From Takakia lepidozioides (Eukaryota; Plantae; Bryophyta), in contig JAKLZA010000012.1 of the NCBI GenBank assembly GCA_030704615.1, forward strand, positions 1 to 45,739: DNA of 45,739 nt, in the 5' to 3' direction. The notes under the pieces are model-generated. The model did no database searches. It was given only the letters and a program-made list of their open reading frames with translations, and was not told the DNA's origin. Numbering within the stretch: the stretch's first letter is position 1; each line of letters opens with the position of its first letter. A program made the translations under genes and the position numbers. Below are positions 10,992 to 23,406 of the stretch, piece by piece.

Positions 10992-12021
10992 TGTCGCGCA
11001 GCTTTTACTCACCCATCCCTTCACTATCCGAGGCGGAAACTCCAAGATAGAAGAGTTGGAAATCTCTAAGTACTCAGCCCGCTCAGAACAATCAGTCATG
11101 ACCTACAGCTAGTGTATCATGGGGGTGTTTCCTATTTGTTTTCCTTCCCGCATTCATGTTAGCTAGTTACCTTACTGCTGGTAATTAAGTATCAGTTTGC
11201 TTCATCAATTTATCGGATTCCATCAACCCATCAATTCATTCCACAGCTTCACTCAGATCTCTCTACACAGTGTGAGTATGAGGTGTGTATCAGATTAATA
11301 TCTATCAAGTATCAGGCTGAAGCCATGGAGTCTCTAATCTGCTCTACATTACAATTCTATTGCCTGCATTCATTAAGCATCAACAGCTCCTCCTCCTACT
11401 CCGTGTTCTCCATCTTTCTGCTCAGAGATACGCTCTCTCCTCCTTTCCCCCAGTGATGTCCGAAGTCTTCCCCAAGAAGTGCTTCCAAGAATAATCCCCC
11501 TTCAGTCCTTGCTTCTAGCTTTATCTTCCTACCCGTTGTTCTAACCGTTTCCCTCACTAACTGTCGTCCGTGAACTAACATGTTCCATTCGCAGGTGTTG
11601 TTCCCCACAGTCGTTTCTTGTCCGGCTATCCGTTCCCTATGGTCGTGACAGCTGTGTCAAGCTGTGACTGGTTGTGTGAAACTGTGACCGGCTGTGATCG
11701 GCTGTGTCGGGCTGTGACTGGCTGTGCGACTGTGTTTGGCTGTGTCGGGCTGTGACTGGCTGTGTGGCTGTGTCGGCTGTGACGGGCTGTGTTGGCTGTG
11801 ATGGGCTGTGTCGGGCTGTGACGAGCTGTGTTGACTGTGTCTGGCTGTGTCGGCTGTGTTGGCTGTGTTGGCTGTGACGGGCGGTGTCACCCACCCCCCC
11901 CCCCCCCCCTAAAGTGCGCTGCTGTCACCCCTAAGGCTCCTATTGGTCTCAATCTGTGCAAAAATTAAGGGTACCCCACAGATCCCGTATAAGTGTCTAA
12001 GTCCCAGACAGTCCTCTAACA
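10992..12021 (-). repeat. 3' LTR of copy B
   Basis: TG...CA; near-identical to 22409-23406; adjacent to the PPT. Confidence 0.95.
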
Positions 12022-12038
12022 TTACCCCTTCCCCTCTC
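12022..12038 (-). other. Polypurine tract of copy B
   Basis: Minus strand GAGAGGGGAAGGGG-TAA directly precedes the TG of the 3' LTR. Confidence 0.85.
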
Positions 12039-12059
12039 AAAAAGCCGTGTCCTCACGGT

Positions 12060-15000
12060 TTACTTATTGGGATTAGCAAACCTTTGTGAGCGAGCACCTT
12101 TCTGACGTTGAGAGTTTCGTGGCGGACTGTGTGTACGAGCCCGAGGTCTGTCACTGGTTGACGGAGATGATTGAACACTACCTGGATATGTGAGGCCCTC
12201 TGGAGGCTGATATCGAGGTAACCTTTCAGGCATAAGAGACCCCCGTTTCTTCTTTTCTGCCATCTGAATTGCATAGTCTTCTCCCATGTCAAAAGAGTCC
12301 GCTGAAGAAACAGTTGTATCAGAATCCTCATCGCCTCTCAGGTGTTTTAATTGTCAACTTTTTGTGGAATCCTCTGGGGCATACAATGTTGTCCTACCAT
12401 GTCTGGAAGTTTATATTTTAAAACTTGCTGTAAACGCTGAATGGCAAAATTGGTGAAGACCCTGAGCTCCTTCTCTGTCCAGGTGAGTGGGGTACCAATG
12501 ACTTGTGAATTGTGCAAGTATTTCCATGCCACATGTCCCTTATAGAAAATATCATCAATGCCGAATTTCTGTGTTGACAAATTGTTCCAGGCCGCATGAA
12601 ACCATGAACGAATTTGAGAATCTTTTTGTATCATAACTTTTGCCTCATATAGGTACATATGAGGTGGCACTGAAGGTAAGACCCAATGATCCCCACTGGA
12701 ATAACTCAGAAAGCGCGATTGCATCTTGTGCTGCTCAATGTGATAACGTACCAGAAAACAAGCAGCGTAGAATAACCCGCATCCCATGACAATACTTGCT
12801 ACCTCCTTGGTCTTGGTATAAATGAATCCATGTACAACTTGGAAAGCAATTAATTCCTTCAACATGGTACCTGCCTCATGCCAGTACTGTGCAAAGTGAT
12901 GATCCTCAATTGGTCGATTGTTCGGAAGAACTTTAGTCCTAGTTGCCACTAGCAGCCATATGCGCATGATTTGATAGTAATGTGCGAATGACTGCGGAGG
13001 ACTAAATTCTTTCCAAACCAAATCCAACACAATGGGAATTTGGTTGAAGGGCATAATCATAGCCCTACTGTACTCCCTTGCAGCTGGAGTTTTAGGTGGG
13101 TTAAAAGCAGCATTGCCCCATACGTCAGGCTGTGGTGGCTGTGGCGTGGCTGTAGTAACAACAGGGTCAGCTACTGGCACAGTGACTTGTTGTGGTGTTG
13201 GTGGCACTGGCTCTTGTATCATTGGCATCTCCTGCACCTGCTGTGAAGAAGATTGAAAAGCCAAAGTTCTGGCTTGTAAATAAGAAGCCATTAGCTGTTC
13301 CTCAGGTATATAGACTCTTTTGTCAATCTCTGAAGTTAGGTCCTCCACTTGAGAGTCTGCAGTCCATCTACATCCTCCTGTAACTCCGCTATCCTACTAT
13401 AGACATTGTCTATAGTAGTTGTGGCAATGTTCTGCACTTGCAATCTGAGCTCATTCATCTCGCTTTGGGTGAGCTTTCGTGGTGCTTTGCCCTCCACTGG
13501 CCCTTGTGCTAACCAGACTTGCATAAGGTGGTTATCCACCAAGTTGCTTGTGGTTCCTCTGAGAGTGTGATCCTCTCTGAGTTTGTACACATCTAACTGC
13601 TGTTGTAAAGCCTCCATGCGCTTCGCATGAGGTTCAACCAAATTCGCATAAGCAGCAAGCAGATTATTGGCTTCCTTCCAAGCCTTGTTAGTGACCGAGA
13701 TTTCATTTCTATTGGCCATGACCGTTTGTTGCAACTCCAGGATGTGCTTCTCTTGGTCAGCTTCAACCTGCCTGTATTGCTTGAAAGTATCCTCATTGCG
13801 ACAGATTGTATTCTTCATATCGACAATGAGTTTCATTTGCTCAACATTCTCTTCTTCTGCCTTCGTACATTTTTCCGCTTGACTGTTTATTTCTTTTGTA
13901 GATTGGTCAAGCATAGTTGTGAGTGTAGCACATTGTATGGCCATCCTGTCATGCACTATCTGCAACTCCATATGTAGTGCATTCACTTCTTGCAACTTGC
14001 TTTCATGCTTCACCTGCATTTGGTATAGCTGTTGCTTATGTGCTTCGTGCAAGTGTTCTTGTGCGAGGCCTGCCTCAATCAATTGTTCCTTGGCCAATTG
14101 CAAAGCCGCTTCTGTACTCTTCAAGTTTTGCTGCATTTTGAGAGTGACCTCTTCATCGACATTGTTTGCACATTCTGTGGCAAGTCGAGCCTCAAACTCT
14201 TGCCTGAGTTCCTCCCTCAAAGCTGCCAATTGAGTAGTGGGAACATGGGATTTGACATAAGTACCCAACAAATTCAGTGTCCTGCTTATGGAACTCATAA
14301 GCATAGCCTGTTGAGGGTCATCATGGTGAGCTTGCTGCTGTTCTCCCTGATCCTCAACAGTGTGATGCCTTACGAACCATTCAGGCCATTGCCCCACCAG
14401 ATTTTCTTCCTGAACCACTTCATCCGTCACGGGTGCTGCAGTGTCTTGGCATTCTACCTGTGGTACCTCCGTCACAGGTGTGTGTATTATATGCGCCGCA
14501 GGGTTTCCCTTGGACAACCGTTGCACCTCCGGAATCACTATGTCCTTGACCATACCAGAATATTCATAGAGAAGGTCCCCCTTCTCAATTTCTGCCACCA
14601 CCTGTTCTGTAGTGGGAATATCTAACCCTTCTTTTTCTAAATCAATTATTTCTGGTTGAACTGCATGGACAACTTGTGGTAACCTTGTGACAAGCCGATC
14701 CTCTGGCTGTGATGGCTGTGATACTGAAGTAACTTCCTCTTCCCTCTCTGAAGGTCCTGCTTCCAGTAATAGCAGTTCTCTGTGCTGCTGTGCCCTTCCT
14801 GCACAAAAACTTGGGAAACATTATCATGCGGATTCCGTGAAGCCAGTGGATCCGCCACTACAGTCTTTCCCCGCCTCTGTCTCTTATTCTTGGGTTGCCC
14901 TATTAGTCCACCCTCACTGTGTGAAGAGCCTTGCTCTTCCATTGCAGTGGTTTCTGGCTCAAACACTCCCATCTCCTTTCTTTCTCGCGCATCAAGTATG

Positions 15001-16300
15001 TCAGAATCAAGAATTATTTGAGCAATGATTGGGCCAGACACTATGATAGGAGACTTTGCGGCAGTACCCTGTAATCTTTTCATTCCTCTACCAGTGCGTT
15101 GTACATTATGTCCGCCCATTCTACCTCTTATCCTCTCAGGGCTTTGAGTATTTCCTCTGCGAAGGATCTGCTCAAATACTGTTGGTTATGTTTCACGGCA
15201 AACAGAACGTTCAATACCTGGCCTACCTCCTTTAGCCTTGGGTACACGGCCTTGGTACAAGCATAACCCTGAGTTTTAAAGAAACTCCCTTCTTGGAATA
15301 AGTCCCCTATTTGCAGTCTTGCCCTGTGCTCCTCCACATGGACCTGGCCTGCTGGCAATCGAAACAATTGCTGGAGGTATAGGGGAGTAATTACTAATTC
15401 AACTCCCTTCACCATTGTTGCTCATGTCCTTGGCTCAAAGTTCTGCAAGAATTGTAACATGTACTGTCTATGGTGCAATGTCCAATCTTTGCTTTGCAAT
15501 CCTTGCAATCTCAGCTCCTTCAGTATCTGTATCGCCTGTGGGGTAGCAATCGTTTGTTTCTGCAGAATTGTGGTGCTCTTCACCCTGATTTCCTCCATTC
15601 CTCTCACTCTCTTCATTCTAGACCCACAGAAATGTTTTGGCTGTAACAACTAAAGAAATGTCTGTAGTGCACAAAGCATAAACGTATGGTTGCCACAAAA
15701 AGCTATGGGTAATTTCTTGTAAGCCTGCGGGGCTTGCAAGCATCGCTTAAGAGAAAAGATCCGCTCTGTTGTTTCGTCCCTATGCCATTGCGTAAGTAAT
15801 ATTGCGAGTGTATAGTCTGGTAGTTCCTCCATAGCTTCAAAGCTATAGCATTGATGGTTTGTCCCGTCGAGACGCCCGTTACTCAGAACGACGCCGACTC
15901 TTGCGCTTAATTTCCCTCCAATTTCTTGATCCTTTCTCTGGCTTTCTATTGGCTGTAACCGCTGTGACTGGATTTTAGATTTAATTTTCTTTAGTGGACT
16001 TTCCCTGCTGGACTGTCCACTAGGATAACACATGTGACAAGAATTTCGCTTTTCTGTACTTGTCGTTTGTTCTGTTGCCCCTTTTCTGTATTCATTAATG
16101 GGCCCGCCATTCATCCAATTTGACGCACTGATTAGGTATTTTGACGGCCATTCTTGTCCCCTTTCTTGATGACATCCGTTCTTGCACTTCCTTCTCAGCT
16201 GTGTGTTGCGCCTTGACTTCCACGTGTCCCTTTGTAAACTGTCTTCCGTCCTTTCTTCCGCCGGCCATTTCACTGAAGTTATCATGCGTCCACCTGTCAC
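12060..16300 (-). pseudogene. 3' extra ORF of copy B, fragmented by stops and frameshifts
   Basis: ORF pieces 15650-16300, 15422-15649, 15128-15415, 14646-15119, 13336-14601, 12347-13348 and 12060-12287 are collinear with the long ORF of copy C. Confidence 0.88.
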
Positions 16301-16335
16301 TGATTCTATGGATTGTGTAACCCTAGTAGGCTGTG

Positions 16336-19300
16336 TTAAGCTGTGATAGGCTGTGTCATACTGTGGTATGCCGTGATAGGCTGTGATACACTGTGGTAAG
16401 CTGTGATACGCTGTGGTAGGTCGTGATAGGCTGTGTTGCGCCGTGCTGGGCTGTGATAGGCTGTGTCTCGCTTGTTCTGCCCGCCCTGGTTATATATGCT
16501 CGGCCTAGCGACAAGTGCTCCATTCTCCGTCGGTAACACTGGCGCAACCCGTGACTGCTTTTGCGTTTCAACATGCAAATCATGCTGCAATGGCTTGTCA
16601 TGGATACCACTGCACCCCTTCAACTTATTAGTATTGACTCTTCCCAGCATCTCTTTGTTAATGGTTTGTAACATGGCGGTGTTGTTATCATACATCTTTT
16701 GTATGACATAAGGTCCTTTCCATGGTGATTTAAGCTTAGAAGCTTTAATCTTTCCCTTCTTCTGCAACCATAGAACCAAATCTCCCGTCTTAAAAGTCTT
16801 TAACTTGCCTTCATCAAACTGTTCCTTCCTCTTCATCTGAATTCTGGTCATATTATCAGCTGCATCAGCACGTACTTCTTCCACATGGTATAATTCATGT
16901 TTCCTGACTTTAATGGAATCTTGCAATTCCATTCTCTTTCCCCATTCCATTCTCATGGTAGGTAACAGGAATTCCACTGGAAGTAAGGCTTCCATACCAT
17001 AAACTAATTGGAATGGTGTATACTTAGTGGTGACTTTATATGAAGTCTTGTATGACCACAAAGCTGTCAGCAGCTTTGTATCCCAATCCGTTCTGTTTGC
17101 ATTGACTATCTTAGCCAAGATAGTACATAGTATTTTGTTGGTAGCCTCTGCCTGCCCATTACCCTGTGGGTAATATGTTGTACTCTTCCTATGCACAATC
17201 ATGAACTCTTTAGTCAACAATTCAATGGTCTCATTAATGAAGTGACTTCCTTGATCACTGATAAATTCCAAGGGACAGCCAAATCGTGTAAGTATGTTCT
17301 CATACAGAAACCTTGTTGTGGACTTGGCTGTGTTGTCCCTCAAAGCTTGAGCTTCCACCCATTTTGTAGTATAATCAGTGGCTGTAATTATGTACCTGTT
17401 CTGTGTATTCTTGACTGGTGGGTTAATTGGTCCAACAAAGTCTAGTCCCCATTTCTGAAATGGTTCCGTAGGCATTGTAGGATGCAAAGACATTTTCCCA
17501 GATCTCTGCAAAGGTCCCAACCTCTTACATTCATCACAACTCTGACAATACTTGTGTACATCTTTGAACAAAGTAGGCCACCAGTAACCTGCATGTAGTA
17601 TTTTCCTGCTGGTAGTCTCTTCTCCAAAATGACCTCCTGCCACTCCTTTATGAACTTCCTCCAAAACTTTATTAACTTCATGGTGGTATAAGCATCGCTT
17701 CAGCACTCCATCTGGTCCTAGCTTATACATTCTGCTCCCTACCATAGTGTAAGGTAGAGCCTTGATAGCAATTCTCTTTCTCTGCTCCTTTCCATAACTT
17801 GGTGGGCACTGACCATGAGCAAGGTAGTATCTGATTGGCCACTGCCAATCTAACCATTCATCTGCACTTCCTTGCACCTCCATTACAAATAAACTCGCAT
17901 CAGGTAACTGATCGTCTAATCCTGTGGCGGCCTCTCATGTTGTTAGTCGTGACAAATGATCTGCCACAAGATGCAAACGGCCAGGCTTGTAAACAACTTC
18001 GAACTCAAACTCATGCAATATTATTTACCACCTCGCTATCCTTCCACTTATCAAAGGTTTGTTCACCAAATATATCAGAGCCTGGTGATCCACATAAAAC
18101 ATAAACTTTCTTCCCAATAGGTAATGCCTGAATTTCTTGACTGCATAAATCATTGCCAGTGCTTCTCTTTCAGTTGTGCTATAGTTCCTTTCAGCACTGT
18201 TCATCAACCTGCTAGCATAGTACACAGGTGAATCTATATTTCCTGTAACATTCTGGGCTAACACCACTCCTAGTGCTTCTCCAGAAGCATCACAGTGAAC
18301 ATGAAATATTTTCTGCCAGTGAGGACTAATCAGCACAGGTGTAGTTGTTACTGACAATGTAAGTTCCTCAAAAGCCTGTTGACATTCAGGTGTCCATGCA
18401 AACACTGCATCTTTCTTCAGAAGCTTGCTCAATGGTGCTGCTATCTGTGCATACCGTCTGACAAATCTTCTGTAATAACTGGTTTGTCCAAGGAATCTCC
18501 TTAGACTCTTAACATTCACTGGTGGTGAAGAGGCTTTAATGGCCTCTGTTTTCCTGGGATCCACAAGAAGTCCCCTCTTACACACAATGTGTCCTAGAAG
18601 CACCCCTGAGTTCACACAGAAAGTACACTTCTCTGGATTCAGGCCCAGAACTCTCATCCTGCATCTGGCCAAGCATGACTCCAATTTATGCAAGTGCTCA
18701 TTCTTAGAGCTGTACACATTGAAATCATCCAAGAACACCTGCATGAAATCATCCAGATACTCATGAAAAGATTCACTTATCACTCTCTGAAAGGTCGCTG
18801 GTGCATTACAAAGTCCAAAGGGCATGACTTTGTATGCATAAGCACCCCAGTCTGTGATGAAAGTTGTTTTTCCTTGGTCTCCTTCTACCACTTGCACTTG
18901 ATTATAACCACTGAAGCCATCCATGAATGAGTACATCTCATGGCCTGCCACAGTGTCTAATACTGCTTCTGTGAATGGCAAAGGGAAAGGATCTTTCTTC
19001 GTACAAGCATTCAGCTTCTTGTAGTTCACACAAACTCTTAGTTTACCATTCTTCTTGGGAACTATCACAATGGGTGACAACCAAGTTGTATACTCTATTG
19101 GGTATATAAACTTAGCCTCAACCAACTTCTTGATCTCTTCTCCAACCTTCTGTGCGTAGTTGGGATCCATTATGTACCTTGCATGTTTGATTGGTACTGA
19201 CCCCGGTTCCAGTTCAATCTTATGCTGACAGATTTCAGGTGGTATCCCTTTTAAATCCTCATAGCTCCAAGCAAATACATCTCTATATTTGATGAACAAA

Positions 19301-21575
19301 CTCTTAGCTTCTTCAAAGAATTCTGGCTCCAAATCAGCTCCTACCTTCACCATCCTCGGTTCCTCTTTAGTTCCCACATTCACTTCCCTCACTTGCTCAT
19401 CAGCTGTGATTGTCCAACCAGTCACCACTTCATCCTTTAAACTCACAGTGGCTGGTTCCTCTAAGATTTCCATTTCTCCTTCTTTTTTTTCATAGAAATG
19501 TGATGGGTAACTGCTGGTTTCCTCTTCAATCGGTGTTGTTGACACTACACCACAGCAGATACCCCTTAAACAACTTAGGCCTTCCAGCCGCATCTCTGCA
19601 ACCTGCTCCCACTCTGGGTGTGCAGCAAACAGGGTAGCTTCCTGCTCCTCATCCAGTCCTCCTCTCCAGTCATACTCTCTGACTCCTTGAGGTCTTCTTG
19701 TAGCAGGTAATCTACTAGATTTCTTTGTGGTAATTTGTATCTCATGTATCCCATTATGCACGGTTAGTAACTGAGAATTCCAGTCATGAAATACCCTGGC
19801 CTGTTTCAACCACGGACGTCCCAATAATAAGGAGTAAGCCTCCATGACTTCATCCATCTTCAACACAGTTACTGTGATCATAAAGATCATCTTCTGTATC
19901 TGTATCTTAACTCCTCATATTAATCCCAATGGCTGTACACTTCTTTGATATGCCATTGTTACTGTGAATGGGGCTGGTTTCATGTTACTTAGACCAAGCT
20001 TCTTCCTTAATTGGTCTGTCATGATATTTACTCCAGAACCTCCATCTATCAGTACATCAGTTAGTTCTGTGCTTCCAATTCTCAATTGGATTACTGGCAT
20101 AGAATCATCAAAGTCCATGACTGTTTCTCGCCCTTTCGGCTTCACATTATAACTGGTCACCTTGCTGTTCAGGTCTGTGTTTCCTGTCTCCTGGGCAATT
20201 CGATTGATTGCTTGATACAGCCTGTGCCTACAATAAGGTGCCACAGCCAATAGTTGTCCAATGGTAATCTCCGCTTTGGTCTGGCATATTATTTCAGCCA
20301 AAGTCTCTTCATTACTTTGCATGTCTGCATCTTCTTTCTTCATTTCATCCTCACTCACTTCTTCTTCTCCATCAGAATCAGAGGAATCTGCCACAGGAAT
20401 ATCAGTACTCTTCTGCGTTTCCCTTATGGTATCTGCCACTTCCTTGTGCAGTTCCTTCTCATCTCTCCAAGCCTCATCATCTTCCGGCATATCACTGCCA
20501 CCTTCATTATCATCTTCTTCCTCTACTACTGGAGGTATTAGTTTGGCTTTACTTCTTGTTACTATCATTGTACTTACTTCTGGTACAACACATGGCCTAA
20601 CCATGTGAGCTGCCACCACTGGGCCCTCATTCACAGGAGCTCTCATCTCATTCTGGTGTCTAATCCAGAATGAACAGGCTGCCTTGCGATGTCTTGGCTG
20701 ATTACAATAGTAACAGAGTTCTTCACCATTGGGTCCTCGCCCTTGGTCTGCTCTTGGATTATTTCTGTAATCCTGATTCCCGGGCTGGTAATTCCCCCTT
20801 GGATTACCCTGATAGTTGCCTCTGGAATTTCCTTGGTAATTCCCTCTTGAATTACCTCTCCCTTCCATGCCATTGTTATAACCACCAGACCTACCATAGT
20901 GGTCCTGATCATTGTTTCTTCTTGGCTGGGGTTGCTCCTGATGCACCCTTACTTGCCTAGGTTCTCTTGCAACTGTCCTTCTGTTGTAGTAACAATTCTC
21001 ATTAGAATGGTTATCCATTTTACAGATAGTACAGTGTTTCTCCTTCATGTGGCATTCTATGGTGGTATGGCCTTCATTCTGGCACTTTGCACACCATGCA
21101 CCCTTCCTCCAATGTGTTGCAGCCTCTGTAGCATACTTCTTCAAGATTTCTTCCAATCTTTTCTCATAGTTATCCCTCTTCAACTTCTCCTTTCTCTTAC
21201 TCTTCCTTTTTAGTTCTTGCTCTTCTTCTTGATCTGACTCATCCTCAGAGTCCTCATCATCCCTTTTCTCTCTCCTGAGCATTCCCAATTGCTCAATTCT
21301 GTTTGCAGTTTCAAATGCCTCCTCCACTGTATTATGGGGTAACATATCCACTTTCTTTTGCAACTCTGGTCTTAGTCCACTCACAAACCAAGTCTTCTGT
21401 AACCCTGGTGCTGGTACTGCAGCCAGCTTTTTCATCATCAATTCCATCTTTTCCATATACTCCTCAACAGTTTCATGCTTCTTTTGCTTTAACTGTTGTA
21501 AACTCCCATACACTTCATCCTCAGTTTTACTTGTCCTGAACCTATTTTGGAATGTTGTATTCAAGCCATTCCAGG
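16336..21575 (-). pseudogene. gag-pol: gag-pol of copy B (N-terminally deleted, in-frame stops)
   Basis: One frame with nonsense changes near 19915 (AGA>TGA), 18025 (TTA>TAA) and 17935 (GGA>TGA). Zn knuckles, PR (IDGGSG), RT (FLDD), RNase H (CDASG...ERNYSTTEREALA), integrase (HHCC, WGLDFVGP, GPY). No chromodomain and no extra archaeal-type RNase H seen. Confidence 0.93.
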
Positions 21576-21898
21576 GGCGTAAGGGGCGCGCAGACGAGCG
21601 ATGGGCCAATTTCCGCCCCGCAGAGCGACGATGTACATGACGAGGACATCATTCCAAGTCAATCTGCCGTTGTATCTTTGTCGCAGGTTGGTGAATTGTA
21701 CTCAACCCAGCTGCACTTAGGGGTGAACCTAGCAGACTTGACGCGGGATTTGCCCATGAATTCTGATACTGATACCGAAGATGATACATCAAGGTGGAAC
21801 ACCCAAGTGCGAACCTCTTTGTCCGCAGCCCCAGTCATTTCTTTTGAAGGTCTTAATCGAAGAATCGGGGACCTGCTTGACCCAGAGTCTGTGTATGA
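21576..21898. other. ~320-bp foreign filler replacing ~1.1 kb of copy B (end of 5' ORF and start of gag)
   Basis: Homology to A stops at 21575 and resumes at 21899; the equivalent A segment (~9684-10808) is absent. The filler is CpG-rich and open on the + strand. Confidence 0.85.
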
Positions 21899-22516
21899 CT
21901 TGGCTATACTTGAAGTCTCCGTTACCATATAACCATATGGCAAACAAGTCTGAAAAGCTGTTCTTGGTGTGAGTTTGATCCACAAAATATCCTTTGGAAT
22001 CCAATTCTTTACCAGTACAAACTCTTCATGCATATGAGTATAAACATTCACCTTTCTTTTCTCCCAGCCTTCAAACTCTACTCGCTTAATGGATAGCAAT
22101 GCTATCACATAAACCAATGTTGGTAACCAACGTGCTCTTCCTCTACAGGCCACCTGATAAATCTTTATCACTCCTTTCTCCAGACCCCACTCTGGGTCAG
22201 CATCATGCACTCTCTTAAGAATGTTTTCTTTACAACCGTCTGGCAATTCCAAAAACCTCTGGAAGAATCGTTTCGACAATCTTTCCTTCTCAATTTCACA
22301 AGGAATTTGATTCACATCAAATTCTTTAATTCTCCATCCACCATGATCCCACCAGATGCCTGTCACATCTGGTTGTTCATGACCCAGATCCCCAGTATGG
22401 TCGCCAAATGTCGCGCGGCTTTTACTCACCCATCCCTTCGCTATCCGAGGCGGAAACTCCAAGATAGAAGAGTTGGAAATCTCTAAGTACTCAGCCCGCT
22501 CAGAACAATCAGTCAT
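21899..22516 (-). pseudogene. 5' extra ORF of copy B, fused to the filler
   Basis: Homologous to 9066-9683 up to ...TETSSIAK, then reads into the foreign DNA. Confidence 0.55.
22389..22406 (-). other. PBS of copy B (tRNA-Arg type)
   Basis: Minus strand TGGCGACCATACTGGGGA(TC) 2 nt after the 5' LTR. Confidence 0.82.
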
Positions 22517-23406
22517 GACCTACAGCTAGTGTATCATGGGGGTGTTTCCTATTTGTTTTCCTTCCCGCATTCATGTTAGCTAGTTACCTTACTGCTGGTA
22601 ATTAAGTATCAGTTTGCTTCATCAATTTATCGGATTCCATCAACTCATCAATTCATTCCACAGCTTCACTCAGATCTCTCTACACAGTGTGAGTATGAGG
22701 TGTGTATCAGATTAATATCTATCAAGTATCAGGCTGAAGCCATGGAGTCTCTAATCTGTTCTACATTACAATTCTACTGCCTGCATTCATTAAGCATCAA
22801 CAGCTCCTCCTCCTACTCCGTGTTCTCCATCTTTCTGCTCAGAGATACGCTCTCTCCTCCTTTCCCCCAGTGATGTCCGAAGTCTTCCCCAAGAAGTGCT
22901 TCTAAGAATAATCCCCCCTTCAGTCCTTGCTTCTAGCTTTATCTTCCTACCCGTTGTTCTAACCGTTTCCCTCACTAACCGTCGTCCGTGAACTAATATG
23001 TTCCATTCGCAGGTGTTGTTCCCCACAGTCGTTCCCTGTCCGGCTATCCGTTCCCTATGGTCGTGACAGCTGTGTCAAGCTGTGACTGGTTGTGTGAAAC
23101 TGTGACCGGCTGTGACCGGCTGTGTCGGGCTGTGACTGGCTGTGCGACTGTGTTTGGCTGTGTCGGGCTGTGACTGGCTGTGTGGCTGTGTCGGCTGTGA
23201 CGGGCTGTGTTGGCTGTGATGGGCTGTGTCGGGCTGTGTCGGCTGTGTCTGGCTATGTTGGCTGTGACGGGCTGTGTCACCCCCCCCCCCCCCTAAAAGT
23301 GCGCTGCTGTCACCCCTAAGGCTCCTGTTGGTCTCAGTCTGTGCAAAAATTAAGGGTACCCCACAGATCCCGTACAAGTGTCTAAGTCCCAGACAGTCCT
23401 CTAACA
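22409..23406 (-). repeat. 5' LTR of copy B
   Basis: TG...CA, flanked by the PBS and TSD AAGAC. Confidence 0.95.

Larger units (their letters stand above)
10992..23406 (-). mobile_element. Ty3/Gypsy copy B, bounded by both LTRs, nested in the gag of copy A
   Basis: LTRs 10992-12021 and 22409-23406; TSD AAGAC at 10987-10991 and 23407-23411; PBS 22389-22406; PPT 12022-12038; gag-PR-RT-RH-INT order. Confidence 0.97.

Noticed and set aside
19890-19920. Programmed gag-pol readthrough or frameshift in copy B
   Set aside because: Copy A has AGA at this codon, so the TGA is a point mutation in a single gag-pol frame.
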